Assembly (NCBI GenBank): GCA_902793635.1 | Contig: CADBEA010000007.1 | Location: forward strand, 3,018-67,017 | Direction: 5' to 3' | Origin: an uncultured Erysipelotrichaceae bacterium | Lineage (GTDB): Bacteria > Bacillota_I > Bacilli_A > Erysipelotrichales > Erysipelotrichaceae | Length of the DNA stretch: 64,000 bases | Part shown: positions 9,493 to 20,130 of the stretch, in pieces | How positions within the stretch are numbered: the stretch's first letter is position 1 | Layout of the letters: each line of letters opens with the position of its first letter | The notes under the pieces: model-generated | Told to the model about the DNA's origin: nothing | Seen by the model: only the letters and a program-made list of their open reading frames with translations | Databases searched by the model: none | Program-made: the position numbers and the translations under genes

Positions 9493-10672
9493 TTATGACA
9501 CTGTGCTGGTGCGCTTCGGCGAACTGAGCACCAAAGGAAAAAACAGAAAAGACTTTATCAACCGTCTGTTCCGCAATATTCAGTATATGCTGAGGGATTT
9601 CCATGAACTGGAATTCCAGAAGGCATATGACCGTATCTATATCCGGCTGAACGGAGCTGACCATGAGAAGATCCGTGAGAAGCTGCAGAAGGTATTCGGC
9701 ATCAGTTCCTTTTCCTTCACGGAAAAAGTCGGTGCCGACATGGATTCGATCATCAGCACCTGTGTTCGTATCGCTTCCGAATCCAACGCGAAGACGTTCA
9801 AGATGATCACCAGACGTCATGACAAGTCCTTCCCGCTTCGTTCCGATGACATCAACCGGCAGACGGCTTCGGCGATCCTGAAGAACACGGGCCTGAAAGT
9901 CGATGTCCATGATCCCGAACTGCCGATCCGGGTGGAAGTCAGAAGGGAAGCGGCTTATATCACTTCCGAGAAGATTCCCGGCGCGGGCGGTTATCCGGCC
10001 GGTATCAACGGCAAGGTACTGCTGATGCTGTCGGGCGGCATCGACTCACCGGTGGCTGCCTACCAGCTGATGAAGCGCGGCCTCAATGTCGAGGCGGTGC
10101 ATTTCGCCAGCCCGCCGTACACCAGTGAAAACGCCCGTAACAAAGTGCTGACTCTGGCTGGTATGGTATCGGAATACCAGGGCCGCATGAAGGTGCATAT
10201 CGTCAACTTCACGGATATTCAGCTGAATATCTACAAGACAGCCGGTGATCCCTATGCGGTGACATTAATGCGCCGCATGATGTTCCGCCTGGCTGAGAAG
10301 ATCGCGCATGAGAACGGCTGTCTGGCCGTCGGCACCGGTGAGAGTATCGGTCAGGTCGCTTCCCAGACACTGGAAAGCATTGCCTGCATCAACGAAGCTG
10401 TCCGCATTCCGATCCTCAGGCCGCTGGTCTGCTATGACAAGCTGGAGATCATCGATCTCTCCAAGAAGATCGGAACTTACGAAACATCCATACTTCCTTA
10501 CGAAGACTGCTGCACGATCTTTGATCCGAAGAATCCGGTCACAAAACCGACCGTCGAGAAAGCGGAATACTTCGAAGGAATGTTTGACTGGCAGTCGCTG
10601 ATTGAAAAGGCCTGCGAAGAAGCTGAAACGGCTGTCGTACAGCCGGAACAGGAACAGGAATCATTCCTGTAG
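9485..10672 (+). CDS. thiI: tRNA 4-thiouridine synthase ThiI
   Basis: GELSTKGKNR, THUMP domain, LSGGIDSPVA, GQVASQT, PYEDCC. Confidence 0.96.
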   Translation: MANYDTVLVRFGELSTKGKNRKDFINRLFRNIQYMLRDFHELEFQKAYDRIYIRLNGADHEKIREKLQKVFGISSFSFTEKVGADMDSIISTCVRIASESNAKTFKMITRRHDKSFPLRSDDINRQTASAILKNTGLKVDVHDPELPIRVEVRREAAYITSEKIPGAGGYPAGINGKVLLMLSGGIDSPVAAYQLMKRGLNVEAVHFASPPYTSENARNKVLTLAGMVSEYQGRMKVHIVNFTDIQLNIYKTAGDPYAVTLMRRMMFRLAEKIAHENGCLAVGTGESIGQVASQTLESIACINEAVRIPILRPLVCYDKLEIIDLSKKIGTYETSILPYEDCCTIFDPKNPVTKPTVEKAEYFEGMFDWQSLIEKACEEAETAVVQPEQEQESFL

Positions 10673-10680
10673 GAGGAGAA

Positions 10681-10920
10681 ATGGCAAAACATAATCCGGA
10701 AATCGTTAATCGTCTTGTGCCGGTCGCCGGCAGCTGTGACAAGATCTCTGAGAAGGAACTGCTTGAAGCTCTGAATCCGGTCATTGTCGCCGTTGAGAAA
10801 GACGACACATATTCCACCCGGGCGAAGCTGAAGATCTTTTCACTTCTGACAATGCTGTGCAATGTCGAGCCGAAGGAGCGCCGCAAGTACGTGAAGAAGG
10901 TCATGAAGGCCGTCCGCTGA
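10681..10920 (+). CDS. Small hypothetical protein
   Basis: GGAG RBS, typical codon use, terminator downstream. Confidence 0.75.
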   Translation: MAKHNPEIVNRLVPVAGSCDKISEKELLEALNPVIVAVEKDDTYSTRAKLKIFSLLTMLCNVEPKERRKYVKKVMKAVR

Positions 10921-11010
10921 GCAGCTGTATTAACCGATAAGAAGCAGACAAAACTGTCTGTTTCTTTTTTTTCTGTTGCAAAACATTTTAAATTCGGTTT
11001 TGATGGGAAT

Positions 11011-11769
11011 ATGAACCGTTATGAAATGATATTCAGGAGAAAATCGTTCCATCTGTTCCGCAATCTTCCGGCCATGGATCTTGATCAGGATACCCGTGAA
11101 GAAATCGTGCGGCAGTGGGACAGACTGCGGCCCCTGAATCCGCATATCCGCACCGGTATCCGCATCGTGCCGTCTGAAGAAAGCGCCTGCCGGCGCGGCA
11201 ACACGCACACGATCCTCTTTTACAGTGAAAGAAAAGAAGACTGGCTCCGCAATATCGGCTATCTGGGCATGCAGCTGGATCTGTATCTCTGTGAAAAGAA
11301 CATCGGTACGTTATGGTACGGGATCGGAAAGGAAGAGAGCACCTTTGATGGCATGACCTTTGTCATCATGATGGGGATCCGGGCTGTTCCGTCTTCGGCT
11401 TTCCGTAAAGACATGTTCAAAAGCAGACGCAAGCCACTCGCGGAAATCTGGCAGGGCAGTGAAATCGACGGTGTCAGTGATATCGTCCGCTTCGCTCCGA
11501 GTGCCTGCAATACACAGCCCTGGCTGGTAAGACATGAGGACAATACCCTGACTGTTTACCGTTACCGCAGGGAAGGAAAACGCGGCATCATGCCGAAGGA
11601 CAGGGTCATTTACTACAACCGCATCGATATCGGCATTTTTCTCTGCATGCTGGAAATACTGCTGGCTCAGAAGGGCATTTCCTATACGCGGGAATGCTTT
11701 TGTGACACGGATGATGAAGGAGAATATATCAGAACAGCGGTATATGATCTGAAAGTGCCGGAACGATAA
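11011..11769 (+). CDS. Nitroreductase-family protein
   Basis: IFRRKSFHLF, NIGYLGMQLDLYL...IGTLWYG, VRFAPSACNTQPW, IDIGI. Confidence 0.85.
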   Translation: MNRYEMIFRRKSFHLFRNLPAMDLDQDTREEIVRQWDRLRPLNPHIRTGIRIVPSEESACRRGNTHTILFYSERKEDWLRNIGYLGMQLDLYLCEKNIGTLWYGIGKEESTFDGMTFVIMMGIRAVPSSAFRKDMFKSRRKPLAEIWQGSEIDGVSDIVRFAPSACNTQPWLVRHEDNTLTVYRYRREGKRGIMPKDRVIYYNRIDIGIFLCMLEILLAQKGISYTRECFCDTDDEGEYIRTAVYDLKVPER

Positions 11770-11778
11770 AATATTTCG

Positions 11779-11807
11779 TTGACTGTGAAACAGTTTACAT
11801 GTAATAT
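11779..11807 (+). promoter_or_regulatory. sigmaA promoter of rplU operon
   Basis: TTGACT-17 nt-TAATAT. Confidence 0.65.
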
Positions 11808-11809
11808 AT

Positions 11810-11895
11810 ATGCGTTATCAGCCCTCGTGATAGAGGTCTGTAACCGCTCAGGAAAGGGTTTTAAGTATGTAATGTACCCCTTGATGGCGCGTCTT
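11810..11895 (+). promoter_or_regulatory. Probable L21 leader RNA
   Basis: Structured ~110-nt leader between promoter and rplU (hairpin CCTC-GTGATA-GAGG; AACCGC; GGCG); boundaries approximate. Confidence 0.5.
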
Positions 11896-11922
11896 AAGAT
11901 AAAAGTCAGGAGGTGTTGTATT

Positions 11923-12234
11923 TTGTACGCAATTATCGAAACAGGCGGAAAGCAGCTGAAAGTTGAAGCTGGACAGTCAATCTTCGTTGAGAAGCTCAAC
12001 GTAGAACCGGGTGATGAAGTAGTCTTTGACAAGGTCATTCTTGTCAGCGATGCTTCCACAAAGATCGGCACACCGTATGTGGATGGTGCCAAAGTTACCT
12101 GCAAGGTTGAAAAGCAGGGCAAGGACAGAAAGATCCGTATCTTCAAGTATAAGGCAAAGAAGGGCAGCACACGCCGCAGACAGGGTCACCGTCAGCCTTA
12201 TACAAAGCTGAGTGTTGAATCTATCGAGGCTTAA
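11923..12234 (+). CDS. rplU: 50S ribosomal protein L21
   Basis: TTG start after AGGAGG; [11 protein letters not shown]...[11 protein letters not shown]. Confidence 0.97.
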   Translation: MYAIIETGGKQLKVEAGQSIFVEKLNVEPGDEVVFDKVILVSDASTKIGTPYVDGAKVTCKVEKQGKDRKIRIFKYKAKKGSTRRRQGHRQPYTKLSVESIEA

Positions 12235-12546
12235 ATGATACACATCTTGGCTGACACGCATGACGGCTTCTATACCGCACTGACGATCAAAGGCCATGCC
12301 GAATCGGCAGAGTACGGACAGGATCTTGTCTGTGCCGGAGTCAGCAGTATTGCATTCGGATTGTGCAACGCATTATCCGATCTCGCCGGCCTGGAGACTA
12401 TTCAGGTCGAAAACAATATGATATCGATCCGCTGTGAAGAACCGGACGATCTGGTGCAGGTGATCCTGACAACCGGAATGATTCAGTTCAAGACAGTCGA
12501 AGTATCATATTCCGACTATATTGATATTCAGATAACGGAGGTGTAA
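12235..12546 (+). CDS. prp: Ribosomal-processing cysteine protease Prp (YsxB)
   Basis: [19 protein letters not shown]; between rplU and rpmA. Confidence 0.93.
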   Translation: MIHILADTHDGFYTALTIKGHAESAEYGQDLVCAGVSSIAFGLCNALSDLAGLETIQVENNMISIRCEEPDDLVQVILTTGMIQFKTVEVSYSDYIDIQITEV

Positions 12547-12551
12547 ATATC

Positions 12552-12839
12552 ATGAGATTCGTATTAGATATTCAGTTCTTCGCCAGTAAGAAGGGTGTTT
12601 CTTCCACAAAGAACGGCCGTGATTCCGCAGGTAGGAGACTTGGCGCTAAAAAAGCCGATGGTGAATATACCAATGCCGGTTCGATCATCTACCGTCAGCG
12701 CGGTACCAGAATTTTCCCTGGTAAGAACGTGAAGCGCGGCGGCGACGACACACTGTTCGCAACAGCAGCAGGTATCGTAAAATACGAGCGTCTCGGCAAG
12801 GACAAGAAACAGGTTTCTGTATATCCTGTCGAAGCTTAA
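12552..12839 (+). CDS. rpmA: 50S ribosomal protein L27 with Prp-cleaved N-terminal extension
   Basis: [10 protein letters not shown]|[15 protein letters not shown]...IIYRQRGT. Confidence 0.98.
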   Translation: MRFVLDIQFFASKKGVSSTKNGRDSAGRRLGAKKADGEYTNAGSIIYRQRGTRIFPGKNVKRGGDDTLFATAAGIVKYERLGKDKKQVSVYPVEA

Positions 12840-12852
12840 TTCGCTGAAGATG

Positions 12853-12887
12853 AAAAACTCCTGAAATCAATTCAGGAGCTTTTTTTG
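12853..12887 (+). terminator. Intrinsic terminator after rpmA
   Basis: CTCCTGAA-ATCAA-TTCAGGAG followed by a T run. Confidence 0.75.
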
Positions 12888-12903
12888 CAAAAGGAGGTGC
12901 AGT

Positions 12904-14178
12904 ATGATCGATTTTGTTAAACTGCATGTCAAGGCAGGTGACGGCGGCAAAGGCGCGGTTGCCTGGCGGCATGAAAAATACTATCCAAACGGAGGTCCGT
13001 TCGGCGGCGACGGCGGTGACGGAGGTGACATCTGGTTCCAGGTGGATACCAATGAAACGACGCTGACCAAGCTTCGTTTTACCAAGACCATCAAAGCCGG
13101 CAACGGCATGCCGGGTCTGACCAAGAAAATGCATGGCAAATCCGGTGACGACGTATATGTCAAGGTACCGCTTGGCACGATGATCCGCAATGCGGAAAAC
13201 AACGATCTGCTGGCCGATCTGACCAAACCGGGTCAGAAAGTTCTGATCGCGCACGGCGGCCGCGGCGGTCTTGGCAATATGCATTTCGCGACAGCTCGCA
13301 ATGACGCGCCGGAATACGCCCAGCCGGGTGAACCGGGTGAAGCACTCGACCTGCAGCTGGAACTGAGACTTCTGGCTGATGCAGGTCTGATCGGCTTCCC
13401 GTCGGTAGGCAAATCGACATTCCTGTCGATCACTACCAAGGCAAGACCGGAGATCGCGGATTATCCGTTTACGACGATCGAACCGAATATCGGTGTTGTA
13501 TCGCTGCCGGACGGCCGTGGTTTTGTCCTGGCTGACATGCCGGGTCTGATCGAAGGCGCCGGCGAAGGCAAGGGTCTCGGTCATGAGTTTTTACGGCATA
13601 TCAAGCGCTGCCGGGTGCTGATCCATGTCATTGACATGAGCGGCACGGAGCGCAATCCGATCGATGATTACCGGATCATCAATCAGGAACTGAAGACATA
13701 TGATCTGTCACTCGAGAACCGGCCGCAGATCGTTGTGGCAAACAAGATGGATGACGAATATGCCGAAATGTATCTGGAAGAATTCCGGGCGGCATATCCG
13801 GATCTGAAGATCTATGAGATCAGCGCCATTGAGCACAAGGGCATTGATGAGGTCCTGTATGCGGCGATGGCGGAAATCGAAAAAGCCAGAACAGCGGAAG
13901 AGGAAAACGCTGAACCGGCGGAAGAAACAGTTGTTTACCGTTATGAACCGAAACGTCCGCTCTTCACGATCGAAGCCCAGGGTCCGCACCGCTGGAAAGT
14001 TGTCAGTGACAGGGTGGACAGACTGGCTGAGCAGACCAATCTGGACGATGACGATTCCGCATATCAGTTCGCGGTTGCCCTGCAGCGGATGGGCATCGAC
14101 AACGCACTGCGCGAAAAAGGTGCCGTCGACGGTGACCAGGTCATCATCGGTTCGTATATAATGGACTTTAAGGAATAA
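12904..14178 (+). CDS. obgE: GTPase ObgE/CgtA
   Basis: GGPFGGDGGDGG, GFPSVGKST, YPFTT, DMPGLIEGA, NKMD, C-terminal OCT domain. Confidence 0.97.
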   Translation: MIDFVKLHVKAGDGGKGAVAWRHEKYYPNGGPFGGDGGDGGDIWFQVDTNETTLTKLRFTKTIKAGNGMPGLTKKMHGKSGDDVYVKVPLGTMIRNAENNDLLADLTKPGQKVLIAHGGRGGLGNMHFATARNDAPEYAQPGEPGEALDLQLELRLLADAGLIGFPSVGKSTFLSITTKARPEIADYPFTTIEPNIGVVSLPDGRGFVLADMPGLIEGAGEGKGLGHEFLRHIKRCRVLIHVIDMSGTERNPIDDYRIINQELKTYDLSLENRPQIVVANKMDDEYAEMYLEEFRAAYPDLKIYEISAIEHKGIDEVLYAAMAEIEKARTAEEENAEPAEETVVYRYEPKRPLFTIEAQGPHRWKVVSDRVDRLAEQTNLDDDDSAYQFAVALQRMGIDNALREKGAVDGDQVIIGSYIMDFKE

Positions 14179-14193
14179 GGGAGACAGCATTGT

Positions 14194-14772
14194 ATGATTG
14201 CTTTTATCAAAGGAACAGTTTCCTCATACGGCGCCGACTGGATCGTGGTTGACAATCACGGCATCGGCTACCAGATGGCATATCCGCACACCGATCGGGT
14301 GCGTCTGCAGCAGGAAATCAGCGTCCATACCTATATGCACATCAGTGAAAACGATGTCAGCCTGTACGGTTTTGAATCCATGGAAGAGAAAGACCTGTTC
14401 ATGCGTTTGATTTCCGTAAAGGGACTTGGCCCGAAGACAGCTATAAATATGTTGACGAAGGCAGGTTATGAAGCAATCATCGGCGCGGTGGAAACCGGCA
14501 ATGTCGCGGCTCTGAAAAAGATGCCGGGCATCGGTGCCAAATCAGCCAGCCAGATCGTGCTTGATCTCAAGGGCAAACTGGTGGCGGCTCCGGCTGCCGC
14601 TAACAAGCCGGCGGAAAACTATCCGCCGGAGATCCGTGACGCGCTGGAAGGTCTGAAAAACCTTGGCTACAAGCAGAACGAAGCATCTGCCGCGGCCAAG
14701 GTGATGATGGAATCACCGGGTCTCAGCACCGCTGAGTATCTTCGTATCGGTCTGCGTTTTCTGAGCAAGTAA
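14194..14772 (+). CDS. ruvA: Holliday junction branch migration protein RuvA
   Basis: MIAFIKG, LYGF, LISVKGLGPK, PGIGAKSASQIVLDLKGK. Confidence 0.96.
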   Translation: MIAFIKGTVSSYGADWIVVDNHGIGYQMAYPHTDRVRLQQEISVHTYMHISENDVSLYGFESMEEKDLFMRLISVKGLGPKTAINMLTKAGYEAIIGAVETGNVAALKKMPGIGAKSASQIVLDLKGKLVAAPAAANKPAENYPPEIRDALEGLKNLGYKQNEASAAAKVMMESPGLSTAEYLRIGLRFLSK

Positions 14773-14781
14773 GGAGGCTGT

Positions 14782-15807
14782 ATGCCAATGGAGTATAACG
14801 ATCGCATTTTATCCGGATATGCTGAAAATGACGAGGCCGTTCTCGAAGCGACGATCCGTCCCCAGTCACTGGCTGAATACGTCGGCCAGAATACCCTGAA
14901 GGAGAATCTCCGCATCTATATACAGGCCGCATTGCAGCGTAATGAACCGTTGGATCACGTGCTGCTGTACGGTCCGCCGGGACTTGGCAAAACAACGCTG
15001 GCGTTCATTCTCGCCAACGAGATGCATTCCAAGGTCAGGGTGGCCAGCGGTCCTAGCATTTCGAAAGCCGGTGATCTGGCCGCGATTCTTTCCGTGCTGG
15101 AACCGGGTGACGTGCTGTTTATCGACGAGATCCACCGTCTTCCCAAGGTCGTGGAGGAAGTTCTCTATCCGGCTATGGAAGACTTTGAACTCGATATTAT
15201 GGTCGGCGGTGAAAACGGTGCAGGCGGAAGAAGTGTCAGGCTTGATCTGCCGCCGTTCACACTGGTCGGCGCGACAACCAGAGCCGGTGATCTTTCCGCT
15301 CCGCTGCGTGACCGTTTCGGCATTATCTCCAAACTTGATTATTATGATCAGGAACAGCTTTCCTCGATCATTCGCCGTACTTCCCGGGTGCTGAACGTGC
15401 CGATCGAGGAAGACGCGGTCATTGAAATCGCCAAACGGAGCCGCGGTACGCCGCGTATCGCCAACCGGCTGCTGAGACGGATCCGTGACTTTGCCCAGGT
15501 GCTCAACGACGGTGTGATCTCCGTGAAGATCGCTGATGAATCACTTGACCGTCTGCATGTTGACAGCCTCGGTCTTGATGAAGTGGACCTGCGTTATCTG
15601 CGCGGCATCATCGAAAGATTCCATGGCGGACCGGTCGGTCTGGAAGCTCTTGCCAATTCTATCAGTGAGGAAACGACGACTCTCGAAGATGTCTATGAAC
15701 CGTATCTGATACAGATCGGCTTCATCAACCGGACGAGCAGGGGACGTGTCGCCACTGAAAAAGCCTATGAGCATCTGAAAATCGCCCATAATCATTCTTT
15801 GTTCTGA
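14782..15807 (+). CDS. ruvB: Holliday junction ATPase RuvB
   Basis: [52 protein letters not shown]. Confidence 0.98.
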   Translation: MPMEYNDRILSGYAENDEAVLEATIRPQSLAEYVGQNTLKENLRIYIQAALQRNEPLDHVLLYGPPGLGKTTLAFILANEMHSKVRVASGPSISKAGDLAAILSVLEPGDVLFIDEIHRLPKVVEEVLYPAMEDFELDIMVGGENGAGGRSVRLDLPPFTLVGATTRAGDLSAPLRDRFGIISKLDYYDQEQLSSIIRRTSRVLNVPIEEDAVIEIAKRSRGTPRIANRLLRRIRDFAQVLNDGVISVKIADESLDRLHVDSLGLDEVDLRYLRGIIERFHGGPVGLEALANSISEETTTLEDVYEPYLIQIGFINRTSRGRVATEKAYEHLKIAHNHSLF

Positions 15808-15894
15808 TACTGATTGCTATATGGCTGCTTCGGCAAATGATGCCGGTGCAGCCTTTTGTTTTCTTTTTTGCCCGGTTGCCATATAATAACAGTC

Positions 15895-16146
15895 ATGAAC
15901 GGAAAAGAAGAAGACAGACTGATTGCCAGAAGAAAACGCCGTTATCTGATCGGTGTCATCACGGTATTCATGCTGGTGTATGCCGCCATGTATCTGCTGA
16001 TGAGCCTTTTGAATTTCATCGGTGAAATCAATCCGTATATCAGACTCGCACTGCTGATTCTTTTCTTTCCGGCCAGTTATTTCGCGACGAAAAAGATCTG
16101 CGCGATGCCGTTTTTCAATGATATCGTCGTAGCGTCAAAACGGTGA
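15895..16146 (+). CDS. Small two-TM hypothetical membrane protein
   Basis: Two hydrophobic segments; likely start MNGKEED at 15895. Confidence 0.6.
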   Translation: MNGKEEDRLIARRKRRYLIGVITVFMLVYAAMYLLMSLLNFIGEINPYIRLALLILFFPASYFATKKICAMPFFNDIVVASKR

Positions 16147-16180
16147 AATTAGACAAATCATCAGAATATGCTATAATTTT

Positions 16181-17224
16181 ATGGCGATGATTTATTTCGA
16201 TCATCCTTTTTGGAGACTTTTTATGAAACTGAACAGCAGAAAAAGAAGTCATACGAAAAAGTACAGCGGGATCAGCAAGATTCTGATGCTTGCCTGCGCC
16301 GCTATTGTTTATTCCGCGGTTCTCAGCAATCTCATCGACCGCAGCGCGACGGAACTTGTCGTCAACGCGTATCACGATGTCGATGCCGAACAGCTGAGTC
16401 TGGTGGATGTACAGGATGAACCTGTTGAAAAGAAGATCCTTCTGGATCAGAAATATCCGCAGCTGTATCTCAATACCGAGACCGATCTGCTCGCCTCGGA
16501 CGAGATGCTGGCTGTCAGTGAAGGATCCGTAAACAAGCGGACACCGGTCTATGTACTGGAAAACGGCGATTCCCTCAGCAAGGTCATGCTGAAGGACGGA
16601 AGTGTCGGATATGTGCGCAAAGCCGCGCTGAGCGGCAGCCTCAATGTGATTTTCGATGACTGCAGTGAAACGAAGTATATTACTGAAGATACCGTGCTGA
16701 AGACTGATCCTTCTTCCGATGCGGCTGACGCTGTCGGCGTCACGCTGAATGACGAAGTGACACTGACCGGCACCAACGACGAGACCTACTGGCGTGTCAG
16801 CTATGATGACATGACACTCTATGTCGACAAGGGTTATCTGATGGATGAAAAAATCGAGATCAAGGAACTGGAACCGGAAGTACCGGAACGTTCCTATGAA
16901 CCGATCGACAATCCGGCCTGGGACGGAAGTGTTCTGACCAGAAGCGCCGGTGTTGTCTACGGACCGTCCGGCAAGGAGACATATTACAACCTGAATATGT
17001 CCGGCGTCATTTCCATCCTGCAGGGTATGGGAATCAACGAAGAATACTGGATCAGAGGCGACGGTGTCAAGATGTACGGCAATTACATTCTCGCCGCATG
17101 CGCGTTTGATATCAGACCGCGCGGCTCGCTTGTCGAGACAAGTCTTGGCACGGCAATATGTGCCGATACCGGCGGCTTCGCGGCAGGCAACCCGACACAG
17201 GTTGATATTGCGGTCGACTGGTAA
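16181..17224 (+). CDS. Membrane-anchored cell-wall protein with SH3b-like repeats and a C-terminal 3D/double-psi-barrel-like domain
   Basis: TM near N-terminus; SKVMLKDGSVGYV and YWRVSYDDMTLYVDKGYL (SH3b-like); RPRGSLVETSLGTAICADTGG...VDIAVDW; start may be 16223. Confidence 0.6.
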   Translation: MAMIYFDHPFWRLFMKLNSRKRSHTKKYSGISKILMLACAAIVYSAVLSNLIDRSATELVVNAYHDVDAEQLSLVDVQDEPVEKKILLDQKYPQLYLNTETDLLASDEMLAVSEGSVNKRTPVYVLENGDSLSKVMLKDGSVGYVRKAALSGSLNVIFDDCSETKYITEDTVLKTDPSSDAADAVGVTLNDEVTLTGTNDETYWRVSYDDMTLYVDKGYLMDEKIEIKELEPEVPERSYEPIDNPAWDGSVLTRSAGVVYGPSGKETYYNLNMSGVISILQGMGINEEYWIRGDGVKMYGNYILAACAFDIRPRGSLVETSLGTAICADTGGFAAGNPTQVDIAVDW

Positions 17225-17240
17225 TATAGTTATTGAGAAT

Positions 17241-17447
17241 AAGGCTGTGAACAGGAGCAGTAATTCATGGTTTCTGTAAGAGAGAGTCTGCGGCTGGTGG
17301 AAGCAGATACAGAAAGTGAATGAAGTCGCCTGGGAGCTGCCGTGCTGAAACAGAGTAGGCATGGCCGGATGATGCCCGTTACGCATATTGAGAAGCAAGC
17401 AAAGGTGGTACCACGTTCAAGACGTCCTGTGCAGGGGCGTCTTTTAT
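17241..17447 (+). promoter_or_regulatory. T-box riboswitch (Val specifier GTC) of valS
   Basis: AGTA, AGAGA and GGTGGAA motifs; GAA-GTC at 17325-17327; T-box AAGGTGGTACCACG; terminator GACGTCCT...GGGGCGTC-TTTT. Confidence 0.92.
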
Positions 17448-17467
17448 TTTTTTGGGAGGATAGAAAA

Positions 17468-20080
17468 ATGGAGAAGAATCTCGCACCGAAGTATGATCAT
17501 TCCGCCGTTGAGGAAGGCCGTTACAACGAGTGGGTGGAAGCCGGATATTTTACCGCCGGCGACAAATCGAAAGATCCCTTTACGATTGTCATTCCGCCGC
17601 CCAATGTAACCGGCATCCTGCATATCGGCCACGCCTGGGACAATACCCTGCAGGACATTATTTCCCGCTATAAGCGTCTGCAGGGCTATGACATGCTGTA
17701 TCTGCCGGGCATGGACCATGCCGGCATTGCCACCCAGGCCAAAGTCGACGCGCGTCTGAAGAGCGAGGGCATTTCCCGCTATGACATCGGCCGCGAGAAA
17801 TTCCTGGAAAGAGCCTGGGAGTGGAAAGAGGAATATGCCGCGACGATCCGCAAACAGTGGGCGAAGCTCGGCAATTCCCTGGACTACAGCCGTGAGCGTT
17901 TCACGATGGACGAAGGTCTTAACAGAGCTGTCCGCAAGGTATTCGTCGATCTTTATGAAGAAGGTCTGATCTACCGCGGCTGGCGTATCATCAACTGGGA
18001 TCCGGAAGCCCGTACGGCGCTGTCCAATATCGAAGTCTACTATCAGGATGATCCGGGCAAGATGTATTACTTCAACTACCGGGTCGTTGAAACCGGCGAT
18101 ACTTTCACAGTCGCCACGACAAGACCGGAAACGATGTTCGGTGATGTCTGCGTCGTTGTCAATCCGGACGACAAGCGCTTTGCCCATCTGATCGGCAAGC
18201 ATGCGGTAAATCCGGCAAACGATGAAGAACTGATCATCATCGGCGATGACTATGTCGATGTCGAATTCGGTACCGGTGCCATGAAGTGCACCCCGGCCCA
18301 CGATCCCAACGACTTCCAGATCGCTGAAAGACACGGTCTTGCCAAGCCGATCTGCATGAATCCGGACGGAACGATGAACGAACTGGCCGGCCGCTATGCA
18401 GGCATGGACCGCTATGAATGCCGTGACGAACTGGTTGAAAAGATCAAGGCGGACGGCAACCTCGTCAAGATCGAGGACATTACCCATAACGTCGCCCACA
18501 GTGAAAGAACGCACTGTGTCATTGAACCGTATCTGTCCCAGCAGTGGTTTGTAAAGATGAAGCCACTGGCTGACGACGTACTGGCCAACCAGAACGATCC
18601 TGATCAGAAGATCACGTTCTATCCGGACCGTTTCGAAAAGGTCTTCACACAGTGGCTGGAAAACATCGAAGACTGGTGCATCTCCCGTCAGCTCTGGTGG
18701 GGACACCGGATCCCAGCCTGGTACCATAAGGAAACAGGTGAGACCTATGTCGGCATGGAAGCACCGGCTGACTTGGAAAACTGGATCCAGGATGAAGATG
18801 TTCTGGATACCTGGTTCTCCAGTGCCCTGTGGCCGTTCTCGACCCTTGGCTGGCCGGAAAACACGGACGACATGGCCCGCTACTATCCGACCGATACAAT
18901 GGTCACCGGCTATGACATCATCTTCTTCTGGGTAGCCCGTATGGCTTTCCAGGCCCGTCATTTCACGCATAACCGGCCGTTCAAGGATGTTCTGATCCAT
19001 GGTCTGATTCGTGACGCCCAGGGCCGCAAGATGTCCAAGTCACTTGGCAACGGTGTTGACCCGATGGATGTCATCGATGAATACGGTGTTGATGCACTGC
19101 GTTTCTTCCTGACGACCAACAGCACACCGGGCCAGGATATGCGTTATATTCCGGAGAAGGTGGAAGCCGCCTGGAACTTCATCAACAAGATCTGGAACGC
19201 ATCACGCTTTGTCCTGATGAATCTGCCGGAAGGCATGGAACTGAAGGATGCCGATCTCAGCTATCTCTCACTGAGCGATGCCTGGATCCTCAACAAGCTG
19301 AACCGTGTTATTTCCCATGTGACAGGCAACATGGAAAAATATGAATTCGCCCTGGTCGGCAATGAGCTGTATTCCTTTGTCTGGGATGATTTCTGCAGCT
19401 GGTATGTGGAAATGAGCAAGTCCAATCTGAATGCTGAGGATGAAGCGACAAGAAAAGCAGCCCAGAGCACACTGCTGGTCTCTCTGCATGCCATCGTCAG
19501 ACTGCTGCATCCGTTTATGCCGTTCGTGACCGAAGAGATCTATCTGACCATGCCGCATGAAAAGGCGAGCATTAATCTGGAAAGCTGGCCGCAGGTCATT
19601 GAAAACCTGCCGATCAGCGACCTCGATTCCATGGAGAGAATCCTTTCCGCGATTCAGAAGATCCGTGAAGTCAAGAAGACCAACGATCTCAAACCGGCCG
19701 CGCCGATCGAAGTTATGCTGAAGGACCTCAACGGTAGCACCATTCCGGTTGAAAAGGGCTTCGCGGCGATCCTGCAGAAGATGGCAAAGGCGGAATGGCG
19801 TGACGATCTCGAAGGCGACCTGAGCGTTGAAACAATCAGCGGCGGCACATTGCTGATTCCGAGCCACGAGCTCAGTGATCCGGCCGAAGAACTGAAGAAG
19901 CTGGCTGGTGAGAAAGAGCGTCTGGAGAAGGAAATCGCCAGATCCAACGGCATTCTTTCCAACGAAGGATTCCTGAAAAAAGCACCGGCTGCCAAGGTAC
20001 AGCTGGAAAAGGACAAACTGGAAGTCTATAAAAAACAGTATCAGACGATTCTTGACCGAATTGCCGTGCTGAACGGCTGA
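17468..20080 (+). CDS. valS: Valine--tRNA ligase
   Basis: PPPNVTGILHIGHA, DWCISRQLWWGHRIP, KMSKSLGN; Val T-box upstream. Confidence 0.98.
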   Translation: MEKNLAPKYDHSAVEEGRYNEWVEAGYFTAGDKSKDPFTIVIPPPNVTGILHIGHAWDNTLQDIISRYKRLQGYDMLYLPGMDHAGIATQAKVDARLKSEGISRYDIGREKFLERAWEWKEEYAATIRKQWAKLGNSLDYSRERFTMDEGLNRAVRKVFVDLYEEGLIYRGWRIINWDPEARTALSNIEVYYQDDPGKMYYFNYRVVETGDTFTVATTRPETMFGDVCVVVNPDDKRFAHLIGKHAVNPANDEELIIIGDDYVDVEFGTGAMKCTPAHDPNDFQIAERHGLAKPICMNPDGTMNELAGRYAGMDRYECRDELVEKIKADGNLVKIEDITHNVAHSERTHCVIEPYLSQQWFVKMKPLADDVLANQNDPDQKITFYPDRFEKVFTQWLENIEDWCISRQLWWGHRIPAWYHKETGETYVGMEAPADLENWIQDEDVLDTWFSSALWPFSTLGWPENTDDMARYYPTDTMVTGYDIIFFWVARMAFQARHFTHNRPFKDVLIHGLIRDAQGRKMSKSLGNGVDPMDVIDEYGVDALRFFLTTNSTPGQDMRYIPEKVEAAWNFINKIWNASRFVLMNLPEGMELKDADLSYLSLSDAWILNKLNRVISHVTGNMEKYEFALVGNELYSFVWDDFCSWYVEMSKSNLNAEDEATRKAAQSTLLVSLHAIVRLLHPFMPFVTEEIYLTMPHEKASINLESWPQVIENLPISDLDSMERILSAIQKIREVKKTNDLKPAAPIEVMLKDLNGSTIPVEKGFAAILQKMAKAEWRDDLEGDLSVETISGGTLLIPSHELSDPAEELKKLAGEKERLEKEIARSNGILSNEGFLKKAPAAKVQLEKDKLEVYKKQYQTILDRIAVLNG

Positions 20081-20130
20081 TCCGCATGCTATAATGTCAT
20101 AAAGAATGCAGTGTTACAGGAGACTGTTCT

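Noticed and set aside
12552-12581. N-terminal extension on L27 with the adjacent prp gene
   Set aside because: A known Firmicute system (Prp cleavage), not novel
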